Shown here piece after piece: positions 63,138-64,000 of a stretch of DNA of 64,000 nucleotides. Position 1 is the stretch's first letter; each line of letters opens with the position of its first letter. A model generated the notes under the pieces. It did not search any database. It was not told the origin of the DNA and worked only from the letters and a program-made list of their open reading frames with translations. The stretch covers positions 42,222,001 to 42,286,000 of the forward strand of contig NC_045138.2 in the NCBI RefSeq assembly GCF_008831285.2. The letters run 5' to 3'. Source of the DNA: Nymphaea colorata. Its lineage: Eukaryota. A program made the translations under genes and the position numbers.

Positions 63138-63427
63138 TGATCTGGGATTAGCTCCACACAATATGGGTCCACACAGGCAGAAAAAACTGGTCATCACCGG
63201 CCACTTTTCATGCTGCAATTACCTCCACACGCGGCTCAGGATTTGCTCCAGATGCAGTCCATGACAGCCTGATAACGTATGTCAGACTTGACATTCATGC
63301 CACCACTTGAGGATCTGATCACGTATTCCACATAGACGTGATCAGATTCCTCTAACACGTGCTTCTGTTTCCATGATCAGCAGGAGGCCAAGATAGAGAA
63401 GAAGATGAAAGAGAAGAGGAGGAGATA

Positions 63428-63432
<5 letters not shown>

Positions 63433-63462
<30 letters not shown>
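63433..63462. repeat. (GA)n microsatellite in the copia leader
   Basis: About 15 GA units. Confidence 0.9.
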
Positions 63463-63467
<5 letters not shown>

Positions 63468-64000
63468 GAAACCTAGCAAGAAGCCACGGGCGGCGATGGA
63501 GGAGGCTTTGTCTCTGATACCAAGTAATGGCTGGGGTTTGGAGATTGAAAGAAAAGAATTTGTTACCCATTAATCTGCCCTAATCTCTTGTTAATTAAAA
63601 GAGAATTAGGGTAAAACTAACTAATTACAAAAAGCTCCAAGAATAAAAAAAAATATTAATAAAGCATTGTTCCTAAAACTATTTAATATCCAAAACACCC
63701 TAACGTAAAGACTATTCAACATTATTAATGATGAGCTTGACATCAGGCCTTGATAAGAAGATATGAGGGGATATAACATTCAATTCTATGATCGGTTGGT
63801 TATGACAGCTTTTTCTATGAATTTCAATTCTTTCTATTTCAGGTTGAAAGGCACGATGAGCTTAATGCTTTCATCAAATCAATTAGCCATAAAACCGTGT
63901 GGAGGCAATGACTGAATGATAGAAACTTATATAAATATTAAACACAAGAAATTGTTTGAAAGACCAAGGAAAAAATATTTTAAGTTGTAAATGAGTCTAC

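Larger units (their letters stand above)
62000..63721 (-). mobile_element. 5' half of a decayed copia (5' LTR ~63523-63721, PBS, leader, gag remnant); 3' part missing
   Basis: PBS TGGTATCAGAG (63512-63522, -). The LTR shares CATTAA..CCCTAATCTC..AAAGAGA.TTAGGG with the LTRs of 41553-46420. Gag-like EAYNRLNRL...GGRGGQASRGRG at 62020-62226. Confidence 0.75.

Noticed and set aside
63830..63900. Acceptor-like TTTCTATTTCAG at ~63842 as candidate NHX exon 12
   Set aside because: The downstream sequence does not encode the expected IWWAGLMRGAVS motif, so exon 12 must lie beyond the window.

Overview
This is plant nuclear DNA (angiosperm-type, AT-rich and rich in transposable elements), with no prokaryotic features. 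It holds one clear host gene on the + strand: a vacuolar (class I) NHX-type Na+(K+)/H+ antiporter, most like NHX4. Eleven coding exons (22306-60416, 1140 nt, 380 aa in frame) were reconstructed from splice sites, and the remaining exons lie beyond the window. Intron 9 has a GC donor and holds a young sense-strand Ty1/copia element. Intron 10 is 22.8 kb and holds a nested stack: an old copia carrying a younger copia and a 3.3-kb Gypsy-type solo LTR, plus another copia inside a probable DNA-transposon remnant. Upstream of the gene are a degenerate ~270-bp tandem repeat, a decayed LINE interrupted by an internally deleted copia (475-bp LTRs, TSD TGTCT), and a decayed copia with a ~1-kb tandem duplication. 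The most interesting signals are predicted splicing of retrotransposon RNA. In the copia at 3335-9398, an ATG inside the LTR joins in frame to gag across a 2.16-kb predicted intron that contains the PBS. Three other copia elements share a predicted protease-spanning intron that would give a Gag-only mRNA. Lineage names and all splicing calls are inferences from reading the sequence by eye, not database results.
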